A stretch of 64,000 bases of DNA from Armatimonadota bacterium (GTDB lineage Bacteria > Armatimonadota > SYMT01): assembly GCA_041690135.1 (NCBI GenBank), contig JAWLHY010000001.1:480001-544000 (forward strand). Direction: 5' to 3'. Each line of letters starts with the position of its first letter. The stretch's first letter is position 1. Shown here one piece after another: positions 1 to 9,450 of this stretch. Position numbers and translations under genes: made by a program. Below the pieces are notes generated by a model that was not told where the DNA came from, did no database searches, and saw only the letters and a program-made list of their open reading frames with translations.

Positions 1-489
1 TGCCGCGAGCGACTCGTCCACCGGCAGCGCGTTTGAGGCGCCGACGCAGAGGCGCAACGGACAGGCGACCTGGGTGTGGCCCCGCCGGAACTGCCGCTCG
101 TTCAGGATGCCGAGGAGGGTGTTCAGGATCGCCGTGGAACCCAGGAAGATCTCGTCCAGAAACGCGATCTCCGCCTCCGGAAGCATGCCGGAGGTTTCGG
201 TCTCCACCACGCCCTCCCGCAGCTTGCGGAGATCGACCGGGCCGAAGATCTCGCTCGGCTCGGTGAACCGGCCCAGAAGGTACTCGAAGTAGCGCCCGCC
301 CGTCGCCCGCGCGACCCGCCGGACGGCCTCGCTTTTCGCGGTGCCCGGCGGCCCGATCACCAGCAGGTGCTCGCCCGCCACCGCGGCGAGGGCAACGGTC
401 TGCACCAGGGCTTCCCGCTCGATCAGTCCTCGGGAAGCGCCGTTAACGGCCGTGCGTAAGCGTTCGGAGACGGAGAATAGGTCTGGCAT
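1..489 (-). CDS. RavA/MoxR-family AAA+ ATPase, 5' part (runs off window)
   Basis: Manual translation from ATG at 489: MPDLFSVSERLRTAVNGASRGLIEREALVQTVALAAVAGEHLLVIGPPGTAKS (Walker A)...YLLGRFTEPSEIFGP...AFLDEIFLGSTAILNTLL (Walker B). Missing from the ORF track because its stop lies outside the window. Confidence 0.85.
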   Translation of the reverse strand, partial: MPDLFSVSERLRTAVNGASRGLIEREALVQTVALAAVAGEHLLVIGPPGTAKSEAVRRVARATGGRYFEYLLGRFTEPSEIFGPVDLRKLREGVVETETSGMLPEAEIAFLDEIFLGSTAILNTLLGILNERQFRRGHTQVACPLRLCVGASNALPVDESLAA

Positions 490-703
490 GCGGATTAACT
501 AGCGTTGACGGCTACCCCCAGGGCGTCGGGCAACTCCAGATCACCGTTGAAGCCTGCGTCGATGGTGGCTCGCCAGGATTTCCCATCAACAGGCACGTCA
601 CGGTAGTTGCCATGCTAACATCTCCTGACTGGAATTATTCCACCCGGATACAAAACTTGCAACCAGGCTACGGTCGAGTACGGGGGAAGGTGGACGGACC
701 AAA

Positions 704-1309
704 GTGCGCACAGCTCTGATTTCGGATATCCACGGCAGCTTGCGCCGGCTCCAACGGGTGTTGGCGGACATCGCGGACCAGGGCTGCGACCGCATCCTCT
801 GCCTGGGGGACCTGGTGGATGGGGAAGAACAGGGCGTGGAAGCCGTGCGCCTTCTGCGGGACGCGGGCATTCCGATGGTGCGCGGCAACCACGACGAAAC
901 CGCGCTCTACGACCCGAATCTTCCGGAGGACGTACGGGAGTTCCTGCGCGGCCTCCCGGAAGACCGGATCGAGGGCAACGCGATCTACACGCACTCCTCG
1001 CCCCGCGGCAAGCGCCGGAAGGTGCGGGATGAGATCGAAGCCTGGAACGTCTTCGAAGAGACGGAATGGCGACGCATCTTCGTCGGGGACGTTCACGTTC
1101 CGTTCCTGTTCGGGAGCCGGAGCGAACACCGCTTCACCCCGACGGTCTACCCGGTGGTCTACGGCGTGGAGTTTCCATTCGACGCAGACGACCGATACCT
1201 CGTTTGCCCGGGAGCGGTCGGATACAGCCGCGACGCGGATCCCCGTCCGCGGTACGCGATCTATGACGCAGTCAGGGACACCATTCGCTTTCGCGTGTTT
1301 GAGGGATAG
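704..1309 (+). CDS. Metallophosphoesterase (calcineurin-like, YfcE/MJ0936-type)
   Basis: DIHG, LGDLVD, RGNHD, THSSP motifs. Confidence 0.85.
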   Translation: MRTALISDIHGSLRRLQRVLADIADQGCDRILCLGDLVDGEEQGVEAVRLLRDAGIPMVRGNHDETALYDPNLPEDVREFLRGLPEDRIEGNAIYTHSSPRGKRRKVRDEIEAWNVFEETEWRRIFVGDVHVPFLFGSRSEHRFTPTVYPVVYGVEFPFDADDRYLVCPGAVGYSRDADPRPRYAIYDAVRDTIRFRVFEG

Positions 1310-1321
1310 CGCGTCCCCGGC

Positions 1322-3331
1322 TCAGGAGCCCGGGAATCCCTGCGGTCCGCCCGGACCACCACCGGGGCCGCCCGGTCCGCCCGGAAAGCCGCCAGGCCCC
1401 CCAGGACCGAACGACGGTCCGCCTGGACCTCCTGGGCCGCCGGGCCCAAAGCTCGGGCCGCCGGGACCACCCGGTCCAAACCGGGGATCGCCGGGGCCCG
1501 AGGGGCCGGTAGGCAATGTCGGCGACCCGGGGCCGCCTTCGGGACCCCTACGGGGGCCTCCCCCGGGGCCATACGGGGACCCACCCGGGCGCATGCGCGG
1601 GAAGTCCGGTCGGCCCATCTCCGGACGTGAAAACTCCGGCCGGGGCATCTCGGGTGCGCTGATTTCCGGGTGTTGGATCTCCGGCATCGGCCGCGGCTGG
1701 TAGCGGGGAATCCGCGGCGCCGTCAGACCAGCACCGGGCATCCGGGAGGGGGCGCTGCCGATCCGGCCCGCCAGCGTTCCCGCTCCGGGCGCGCCCGCGA
1801 AGGACGGGGAGATGCTCAGCGAGTCGAGAAAGCGGTTCACTCCGGCCGTGTTAAGGTCCCGTTCCTTCTCCAGCAGGCACCCAACGGCAAAGACCCGCGG
1901 CGGATCCGCCACGATGCGCACGCGACCGTGCCGGGTCTTGCCGCCTTCCACGGACGTGAACCGGAACTCTTCGCCGGGACGGCCCTGATGAGGGCGGGGC
2001 ATGGAACGGCCTCCCTGGAGGCGGCGCGCTTTCTCCAATCCCTTCCGCAGGTCACCAATTAGCTTGGTGCCGTCCGCGGAGCCGCTGCCGACCTGGGTCG
2101 CGGCCACGAAAACCTCTCCCGGACCCGCGTTGGCACCGTAACCCACGGAGTTGGCGCCGATGCGCGTTCCGGGAATCTGGCGCGGTGTGGGGTTCATGAA
2201 GGCGGCCGGAAAAGCGACACTGAACCCGAGACGCGCATCACTCACCTGAGGACCGGGCTGCGTGCTGCTGAGGCCCGATCCGAAGTGCCGTGACGTGCGC
2301 CAGATCCGGCCTCCGTACTTGAGGGCGAACAGGCCGAGCACCACCACGCCAACCACGGCGCCGGCAGTAGCCTTCAAGCCGGAATTCGTGCTGGAAGAAG
2401 AGGAACTCGAACCGGGAGGTGGCCCGGAGTGCGGCGGAAGCGGGTTGGGTCCGGGGCCTCCGTAGGATCCGGGACCCGAGGAATTGCTACCGGGCCAGTG
2501 CGAGGCCGCTCCGGTAATACCTGGGTCGGGAATACCGGAGAAGGCCGACGGCGGCCAGGCCCCCGGCGTGGGTTTAGTAGGTACCGAAAGCAATGCCGGA
2601 TCGATGGACGGAACCGCCGGTACGCTTCCGGTGGCAAAAAGACCGGCGGAGGGTGGCGGTCCGGGCGGAGCGGGTGGCGGACTGCCGGGATTCGCCCAGG
2701 GAGAAACCGCGGGCGCCGTGGGTTGGGGGGCGGACGGGGCCGGTGGGGGAGTGGCGGGAACTGCTCCGGGAAGAGCAAAGTCATCCAGCCCGGGGACGGC
2801 GGAGACCGACGGCCCGACGTTAGGCGTGGGCGCCGAAGCCGCAGGGGGCGGTGGGAAAGGCGCCGGGCCGGAGGAACCCGGAGGCGGTACGCTGCCGGGC
2901 GCACCCGGTGAGAACGAGGATCCCGTCCCGGACGGACTTGGAAACGAGGGCGAGGCGGCAGGGGGTGCGGGGACCGCAGTTGCCGGGATACTGGCGGAAA
3001 GGCGCTCGACGGCCGCGGCAGCCTGGCGATGGGAGCTATCGAGTTGAACAGCACGCCGGTAAGCGATCAGGGCCTCCGGGGCTTTCTGAACCTGCTCCAG
3101 CGCTCGGCCCAGGTTGTAGTGGAGCGAAGCCTGCTGCGGAACCAGGGCCACGGCCTTCTCCAGAGCGCCGACCCCGTCGCCCACCCGGCCCGCCTGGCAA
3201 TAGGCGATGCCCAGGCCGCCCCAGGCGTGTCCATCCTGGGGTGCCTGCTGGACTGCCTGGCGGAACAATTCGATGGCCCGCGCGGCATCTCCGGCCCGGA
3301 GCGCCTCGAGGCCCTGGTCGCGTGCACTCAT
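1322..3331 (-). CDS. TPR-repeat, Pro-rich, single-pass membrane protein with Gly/Pro tail
   Basis: N-terminal TPRs (AWGGLGIAY, LHYNLGRAL), long Pro/Ala linker, TM segment AVVGVVVLGLFAL, globular C-terminal domain, GPGGPGGPSF repeats. Confidence 0.75.
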   Translation of the reverse strand: MSARDQGLEALRAGDAARAIELFRQAVQQAPQDGHAWGGLGIAYCQAGRVGDGVGALEKAVALVPQQASLHYNLGRALEQVQKAPEALIAYRRAVQLDSSHRQAAAAVERLSASIPATAVPAPPAASPSFPSPSGTGSSFSPGAPGSVPPPGSSGPAPFPPPPAASAPTPNVGPSVSAVPGLDDFALPGAVPATPPPAPSAPQPTAPAVSPWANPGSPPPAPPGPPPSAGLFATGSVPAVPSIDPALLSVPTKPTPGAWPPSAFSGIPDPGITGAASHWPGSNSSGPGSYGGPGPNPLPPHSGPPPGSSSSSSSTNSGLKATAGAVVGVVVLGLFALKYGGRIWRTSRHFGSGLSSTQPGPQVSDARLGFSVAFPAAFMNPTPRQIPGTRIGANSVGYGANAGPGEVFVAATQVGSGSADGTKLIGDLRKGLEKARRLQGGRSMPRPHQGRPGEEFRFTSVEGGKTRHGRVRIVADPPRVFAVGCLLEKERDLNTAGVNRFLDSLSISPSFAGAPGAGTLAGRIGSAPSRMPGAGLTAPRIPRYQPRPMPEIQHPEISAPEMPRPEFSRPEMGRPDFPRMRPGGSPYGPGGGPRRGPEGGPGSPTLPTGPSGPGDPRFGPGGPGGPSFGPGGPGGPGGPSFGPGGPGGFPGGPGGPGGGPGGPQGFPGS

Positions 3332-3333
3332 TA

Positions 3334-4866
3334 CTATTGACTTCCCAGTTTCCGGGTTCCGGCCTTGACGCGCTTGGTGCGGGAGAGATCTCGCGTGCCG
3401 CTAGCGACATCGTCCGCCGCGGCATCCATTTCGTCGGCGAGCGCGCTCGCGCCCATCGAACGCAGCATGCGTGTGGCGGATTTCAGGTGCTTGGTGGCGC
3501 TCTCCTGGTCTCCTCTCGCCATCGCGGCCGCGGCGTGGCGCTCTTCCCGATAGATCTCCAGGCGACGAACGGCATCCAGAACCTCATCGTCGCGGGCCTG
3601 GAGTAGAACGCGGTCCTCGGTGTAGAAGAGCCGGATCGGCGCCTGCGCCGCGAACAGGTCGCTGCCCACCGGGTTCAAGCCCTCCACCCGCACGATCCCC
3701 AGGCGGGCCTCGCCGGCTGTAAGCGCCGCGGGAGCCAGCTCCACGAGAAAGTCCAGTTCGTCGGTGGCGGAGAGATCTCCGATAGGGAACTTCCAGGTGC
3801 CCCCCTCCAGCCAGACCGCCTGGAACTCCGACAGGGTCGGGGCCACGGGGTACACGTCGTGGATTACCGTGCCCTTCAACGGCTGGACCCGCAGGGCAGC
3901 CCGGCGCCCCACGGCACGCGTCACCGCCTGAAGCTCACGGGTGAGGGCCTGTTCGACTTCCGGCGCCGTGGCTGCATAGGAGTAGTTGCCGCGCGCCAGG
4001 TCCGCGATCGGCATCAGGAATTCTTCGTCGAAATCGTCGCCCACGCCAACGACGCTGATCACCACGCCCCGATCAACCGCCAGGTCTATCAACTCGCGGC
4101 ATTCCTGCGCGTCCTCGATGACGCCATCGCTGACCAGTACCAGCCGCCGCACCAGGGGCGTATCGGAATCCGTGGAGAGACGGTCCAGAGCGTGCCGCAG
4201 GGCGCCCGCCAGCCGGGTGCCGCGCCCGAGGCCGCTCTCATCCGCTCCGCCGCCCAGGCGCGCGAGACCGGCCTTGGCGGTCTCGAGGCGCTGGCCGCGC
4301 TCCGCGACACCGGTGTCTTCGTACACCACTCCCCAATGGTCCGCAAACCCGAGGACGCTCACCCGGTCGGTTAGTTCGAGGCTCTCCAGGCTCTGCCACA
4401 CGCCGCGAAGGGCGCTGATCATCGGTGTGCTGACCAACTGCTGGAGCTCCCGCAGCGTCTGGCCCGTCCAGATCAATCCGGTGCGCCCATCCGCTTGCTG
4501 GCGGGTGATCTCACCCCGCTGTTCGGCGCGCTGCTGCCAGTAGGCCCGCTGTTCTGGGTTGAGCACGAAACGGTGCATGCTGGCACTGGCATCCAGAAGG
4601 AAGCAGAGATCCAGTTGCGGGCGCACCGCCGCGTCCGCGCGCGGTCGCACGCGGATCCGGGCGTAAACGGATTCTTCCGGCTCGATTTCCGCCGTCACGG
4701 CGGGGCAGGCGAGCGTCACCTCCAGGTCTACCGGCGCGCCGGCCGTCGCCTGGAGTTCCTGCACGGGTAGGGTCGGGGCAGGGGGCGGGGTGGGCAACTC
4801 CGGTAGGGTGCCCTCTCCCAACCTGCGAGTGGAGGACTCATTGTCGATCGGCTGTCCCGTTGACAT
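3334..4866 (-). CDS. von Willebrand factor A domain protein
   Basis: MIDAS DASASM, LVLVSDG, VGVGDDFDEEFL, C-terminal helical segment. Confidence 0.85.
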   Translation of the reverse strand: MSTGQPIDNESSTRRLGEGTLPELPTPPPAPTLPVQELQATAGAPVDLEVTLACPAVTAEIEPEESVYARIRVRPRADAAVRPQLDLCFLLDASASMHRFVLNPEQRAYWQQRAEQRGEITRQQADGRTGLIWTGQTLRELQQLVSTPMISALRGVWQSLESLELTDRVSVLGFADHWGVVYEDTGVAERGQRLETAKAGLARLGGGADESGLGRGTRLAGALRHALDRLSTDSDTPLVRRLVLVSDGVIEDAQECRELIDLAVDRGVVISVVGVGDDFDEEFLMPIADLARGNYSYAATAPEVEQALTRELQAVTRAVGRRAALRVQPLKGTVIHDVYPVAPTLSEFQAVWLEGGTWKFPIGDLSATDELDFLVELAPAALTAGEARLGIVRVEGLNPVGSDLFAAQAPIRLFYTEDRVLLQARDDEVLDAVRRLEIYREERHAAAAMARGDQESATKHLKSATRMLRSMGASALADEMDAAADDVASGTRDLSRTKRVKAGTRKLGSQ

Positions 4867-4877
4867 GGATGTAGTGA

Positions 4878-6407
4878 TTACCCTTTGCGGAAGCGGTCCT
4901 TCAGCGCGGTAAGCAGCCCGGCCGAGCGCCGAACGGCAGCCGATATCGGGATGGGTGGACGTGGGTTCCCCTCGACCATCCAGCGCAGTTCCGTGTGCGC
5001 CTCGGCTTCGCCCAACACGCTGGCATCGACGGAAATCGTCACTTCCTGGCGACCCTGCGGAGACAGGACGAACTCCTCGGGCTGGATGCCGATTGTCAGT
5101 TCCGGCGGGGCGGAAAGCATGAGCCGGGCGGCGGCAGAGCCCTGATTGTGGAAGCTGATCTTTCCGCTGCCGAAGGCGCCGGGCGGAACGGAGACACGGA
5201 GCGAAGTAGGCTGGGCTTTGACTTCCGCGACCTGGACCGACCGCCGGAGATAGACCGGAAGCTCCAGGATCGAGTTCTGAAAAGTCAAGACGACCCGGCC
5301 GGCGGCCTGGGTTCCGGGCGGCACTCGCTCGGGGTAGGCGATGACCCGCACCGTCTGGCGGTTCCGCTCGAACATCGCGTTCTTGCCGGTAACCGCTCCG
5401 GAAGTCCCGATCTCCAACCAGTCACCGTCCGCCGCAATTTCGGCGCGGAGGGTGCCGCCCCCCACGTTGTAGGCCTGGACGCTCATCTCCCGCGGCGTGG
5501 TGTCCTCTGCCATCCCGAAATCCAGGGCGGCGGGACGGACTCTTCCAACCGGAGGGGCCGCCGGGGTGATGTCTTCCGCCAACTCTACGCCACTGGGGTA
5601 GCGGCGCTCCGGATCGTAAGCGACAGACTTGAACACCGCCCGGACAAAAGAGATATCCAGCTTCCCGCTGTGCAAGATTTCGCCGTAAAGTTGGTCTTGC
5701 CTGCTGTTGATCTCATCCTGGGTGAGGCGCTTACCCACCATGAGCTCGACGAAGATCCGCCCCATCGCGAAGACGTCCATCCGCTTGCCGGCTACTTCGT
5801 CCTCTTCCGCCCGCTCCAGGTACTCCGGCGCCAGGTAGCTGTCCGAACCGTAGAGCTGATCCGTCTTCTCACCCGGCCGCCGGAACCAGTGGGCCGCGCT
5901 GAAGTCCACGATTACCGGGTCGCCCTGCTCGTTCAGGCGGACATTGGCCGGCTTCAGATCGTGGTGCACGACATTGCGACTGTGCAGGAAGGAGAGCTCG
6001 TGGCAAAGGCAGACGCACCACCGGGTAAGCGTCTCCACATCCGGCTTCTGACCGGATTTCAGCACCGCTTCCAGATCCGGACCCGGAACGAAGTCGGTAA
6101 CGAGATAGGAGTACCCTTCGTGCTCGAAGGCATCCCAGAACCGGGGGATCAGTTCATACGTGCCGATGCGACGCACGACGTCCCGTTCCGTCGCATAGAC
6201 TCGAGCCAACTCGGCCGCCTCGCTGGGCCGGCTGGGCGGGAAGTACTCCTTGACAAAGCAGACTTCCCCCTTCTCGTTCTTCGCCTGGTACGCAGCGGCG
6301 AACGCTCCCTGCCCGAGAAAGCGCTGAATCTGGTAGCGCTCTTTACCGGGAAGCCATTCTCCGGAGGCCAGCAAGTAGCGTTCGTTCGCTCGGACGCGTT
6401 TAGGCAT
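4878..6407 (-). CDS. Hanks-type Ser/Thr protein kinase with C-terminal Ig-like/BACON-type beta domains
   Basis: LGQGAFAAAY Gly-loop, VKE, HHDLKPAN, DFS, YLAPE, DVFAMG. Confidence 0.9.
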   Translation of the reverse strand: MPKRVRANERYLLASGEWLPGKERYQIQRFLGQGAFAAAYQAKNEKGEVCFVKEYFPPSRPSEAAELARVYATERDVVRRIGTYELIPRFWDAFEHEGYSYLVTDFVPGPDLEAVLKSGQKPDVETLTRWCVCLCHELSFLHSRNVVHHDLKPANVRLNEQGDPVIVDFSAAHWFRRPGEKTDQLYGSDSYLAPEYLERAEEDEVAGKRMDVFAMGRIFVELMVGKRLTQDEINSRQDQLYGEILHSGKLDISFVRAVFKSVAYDPERRYPSGVELAEDITPAAPPVGRVRPAALDFGMAEDTTPREMSVQAYNVGGGTLRAEIAADGDWLEIGTSGAVTGKNAMFERNRQTVRVIAYPERVPPGTQAAGRVVLTFQNSILELPVYLRRSVQVAEVKAQPTSLRVSVPPGAFGSGKISFHNQGSAAARLMLSAPPELTIGIQPEEFVLSPQGRQEVTISVDASVLGEAEAHTELRWMVEGNPRPPIPISAAVRRSAGLLTALKDRFRKG

Positions 6408-7386
6408 GGGTGCTGGGAATCTCGATGACGCGGATGAGGGTCAGTTCGCCGACTTCGATCTCATCGCCGGGGCTGAGAACGATTTCGCTTTCGGGCTGCA
6501 CCCACTGCCGGTTATGGCGGGTGCCGTTGGTGCTGTTCAGATCGGTCAGCACGTACTTTCCGTCCCGGATGAAGATCTTGGCATGCCGGCGCGACACCGC
6601 GTCGTCCTGCCGCAGGTCGATCTCGGGGTGGATGCCGCGCGTGGCGTCCGGACGACCGATGAGGGCTTCGCCGCGTATGTCCTGCTCAAAGGTGCGGCGC
6701 CCGATAGTGACTTCCACCCGGAGTGGGGCGGCCGCGAGGTTTTCCGCGGGCGGCGCCACCGGGGGAATGGGTGGCCCAAACGGGGTCATCGGCGCCGGTC
6801 CGCCCGTCGGAGAAGCCGGTGGCTGTACTGGGGTCGCGGCGGCGGCGGGCGGTGGCACGCCGAAAGGAGAAGGAGGTGGGGCCGGAGCGGGGCTGGGCGC
6901 TTCCGCGGGGGCGAAGGGGTTCCCGGCCGGTACGGGTCCGGCCAGGTTGCCCAGGTCCAGATCGAAATCGCCCACGGGCGGCGCGGCCGGGGAAGTGGCG
7001 GGCGGCGGTAGTGGCGCCGCCGGTCCGGACTCCGGAACCGCCGGGACCGCTGGCGCCGGCGCTCCCGGCACGGCGTCAATCGCCAGGTCCCAATCGCCGC
7101 CGGCCGCCGGGGAGGCTCCCTCGGCAATGCCGGCGAACGGATCGACCGGCGCGGAGGGAGGCCAGAGGGCGGCCAGGTCCGAGGGGCTGGCGGAGGATGT
7201 TGGCAGGGCGGTAGGAGGCGGAACCAACGGATCGTCGGGAGGGAGTGACTTCAACCAGGCGGCCAGAACATCGTCGTCGACCGGACCGGACTTGTCCGTT
7301 CCATCTTGCGACGGGGTTTTGTCCGCTGAACCCCCGGCCTGGCCGGAACCGGCTCCCCACTGTTCCCAGAACTTGTCTTGACTCAA
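6400..7386 (-). CDS. FHA domain protein with Pro/Ala-rich N-terminus
   Basis: IGR...VSRRHAKI...DLNSTNGT FHA motifs; probable TTG start at 7386 after a GAAGGGA RBS. Confidence 0.85.
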   Translation of the reverse strand: MSQDKFWEQWGAGSGQAGGSADKTPSQDGTDKSGPVDDDVLAAWLKSLPPDDPLVPPPTALPTSSASPSDLAALWPPSAPVDPFAGIAEGASPAAGGDWDLAIDAVPGAPAPAVPAVPESGPAAPLPPPATSPAAPPVGDFDLDLGNLAGPVPAGNPFAPAEAPSPAPAPPPSPFGVPPPAAAATPVQPPASPTGGPAPMTPFGPPIPPVAPPAENLAAAPLRVEVTIGRRTFEQDIRGEALIGRPDATRGIHPEIDLRQDDAVSRRHAKIFIRDGKYVLTDLNSTNGTRHNRQWVQPESEIVLSPGDEIEVGELTLIRVIEIPSTHA

Positions 7387-7619
7387 CTGCGTTTCCCTTC
7401 GGATGGCCCGGAACGGCAAGCGGAACAGCGGAAGCAAGTGTCGCGCTTCCTGGAGATTACGGTCGCACCCCTATCATTCCCGGCTGCCGTATCGCGGGTT
7501 GGTGGGATAGTCGTTCTTAGTTCGAATGTTCCCGCAGCGCCGCGCTTTTTCCTTGTCTCCCGACAGATCGGCACAGGATTGGGACAGATTGGGAAGGATT
7601 CGAGTGGTGACGTTTGTGG

Positions 7620-8819
7620 TCAGGGTCGGATCACCGTGCCGTCCGCCCTGCGAATGGCCGGCCACGCGCCGTTGTAGGGATGTTCCGGCAGCGGATAACG
7701 CGCCGCTTTCTCCTCATCGATATCCACGCCGAGACCGGGGCGGTCGCTGGGCCACATGCAGCCGTCCCGCACTTCCGGCGAGCCCGGGAACACCTCGCGG
7801 GTCGCTTCGGGAATGGGCGACAACTCCTGAATGCCGAAGTTGTAGCAGGCCAGGTCCAGGTGCATATTAGCGGCGTGGCCCACCGGAGACACATCGCCGG
7901 GGCCATGCCAGGCGGTGCGGATTCCGAAATACTCGCAAAGAGCCGCCAGCTTCCGCGCCGGGCTGAGACCGCCGATGGTGGAAACGTGCACCCGAATGAA
8001 GTCGATCAGCCGGTCCTGAATCAGGGGGAGGTACTCGTTTACGTTGGAGAAGAGTTCCCCCATGGCGATCGGAATACTGGTCTGCTGTCGCAGCAGCGGG
8101 AAGTAGCCGATGTCCTCGGGCGCGAACGGGTCTTCCAGGAAGAAGAGGTGGAACGGCTCCAGTTGCCGGGCCAGGTGGATGGCCTGGATGGGGGGGATCC
8201 GCTCGTGGATGTCGTGCAGGAGTTCGACTGGTTCGGTGATTTCCGTGCGCAGGTGCTCGAAGAGGCGGACGGCGGAAGTGACATAAGGCGTCGGTTCCCA
8301 TACCGCCTGCTGGGCGGCCTGGCCCTTGGCGCCGTAGGTGCTGTAGCCGGGAACATCCACCTGGGCTCTCACGTGGGTGAAGCCTTCCGCCATGGCGGCC
8401 CGAATGTGGTCGGCAACCTCCTGGGGATCACGACCGGACGCGTGGCAATAGAGCGGCACACGGTCGCGGCACTTGCCGCCCAGCAGTTGATACACCGGCA
8501 TTCCGGCGCGTTTGCCCTTGATGTCCCACAGGGCCTGGTCCACGCCGCTTAGCGCGTTGTTGAGGACCGGGCCGTTACGCCAGTACGAGCTAACGAAGGC
8601 CGATTGCCAGGCGTCTTCGATGGCGTCGACGTCGCGGCCCAACAGGAACGGACGCAGGTACTCGTCGACAGCCGCAGCCACGGTGAGCGGACGCTGGGTA
8701 AACGTGGCGCAGCCCAGGCCGTACAGACCGGGCTCGCTGGTATCCACCCGCACGACGATCAAACGGATTCCATCGGGCGCGGTCAGGATGGTACGGATAT
8801 TGGTGATAGTGACAGGCAT
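7620..8819 (-). CDS. Mandelate racemase/enolase superfamily dehydratase (RspA/ManD-like)
   Basis: SYWRNGPVLNNALSGVDQALWDIKGK, LLHDIHER, FFLEDP, AMGELF, AWHGPGDVSP. Confidence 0.9.
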   Translation of the reverse strand: MPVTITNIRTILTAPDGIRLIVVRVDTSEPGLYGLGCATFTQRPLTVAAAVDEYLRPFLLGRDVDAIEDAWQSAFVSSYWRNGPVLNNALSGVDQALWDIKGKRAGMPVYQLLGGKCRDRVPLYCHASGRDPQEVADHIRAAMAEGFTHVRAQVDVPGYSTYGAKGQAAQQAVWEPTPYVTSAVRLFEHLRTEITEPVELLHDIHERIPPIQAIHLARQLEPFHLFFLEDPFAPEDIGYFPLLRQQTSIPIAMGELFSNVNEYLPLIQDRLIDFIRVHVSTIGGLSPARKLAALCEYFGIRTAWHGPGDVSPVGHAANMHLDLACYNFGIQELSPIPEATREVFPGSPEVRDGCMWPSDRPGLGVDIDEEKAARYPLPEHPYNGAWPAIRRADGTVIRP

Positions 8820-9140
8820 GGCGTGAGGTTTGGGCAGCAGTGCCCTGGCGGACGGGAGAGGCGGAACCGTCGCAACGGACGGAATGCGGAAGTGCCATGG
8901 GCAGCCCAACCCGTAATGCGGCGGGGAAGGGCCTGAACCCTCCTAATTGTGACGCATGGACCCGGGGAAATGGCTCGCGGTATCGCCCCCATCTGTGGGC
9001 GAGTTTGCCGGGAGGAGGCGGAGACGTAGCAGTCGGGGTGAGACGGCGCAGGCGCCCCCATGGATGGCGGAAGACGCGGCAGACACGGTCTTCCGATTAC
9101 GGGCGGCTGCCTGCGGGCAGGTTGGGAGCCGAAGGTACGG

Positions 9141-9347
9141 CTACTTCTTGATAGGCAGCAGAATACCGCCGAGGAGCAGCCCGGCCAGGGCCCCGACCAT
9201 GCCCACGGGAATCAGAATCGGTAGGGCTTCGGCCGCGATTTCGATGTGGCTCGGGCCACCCGCCTTCTGGATGAAGACTTCCAGCACGCGGAATGAACCC
9301 CACACTCCGGCGGCCATGCTCGCGATGAGAAACAACATACGGAACAA
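9141..9347 (-). CDS. Small two-TM membrane protein
   Basis: 68 aa, two hydrophobic helices, basic C-terminus; follows cydB. Confidence 0.55.
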   Translation of the reverse strand: MFRMLFLIASMAAGVWGSFRVLEVFIQKAGGPSHIEIAAEALPILIPVGMVGALAGLLLGGILLPIKK

Positions 9348-9450
9348 GCGGCTACTCCCCCGGGACTTCGGCCGCAGCGGCGCCTACGGCTCCACACCGG
9401 CGGCGACTCGTCCCGCTCTCTCTCGATTGTGGCGAGCGGGCAATGTCTCT

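Noticed and set aside
819-1703. Collagen-like GPP ORF on the + strand
   Set aside because: Antisense shadow of the Gly/Pro tail of the TPR gene; it overlaps two real genes
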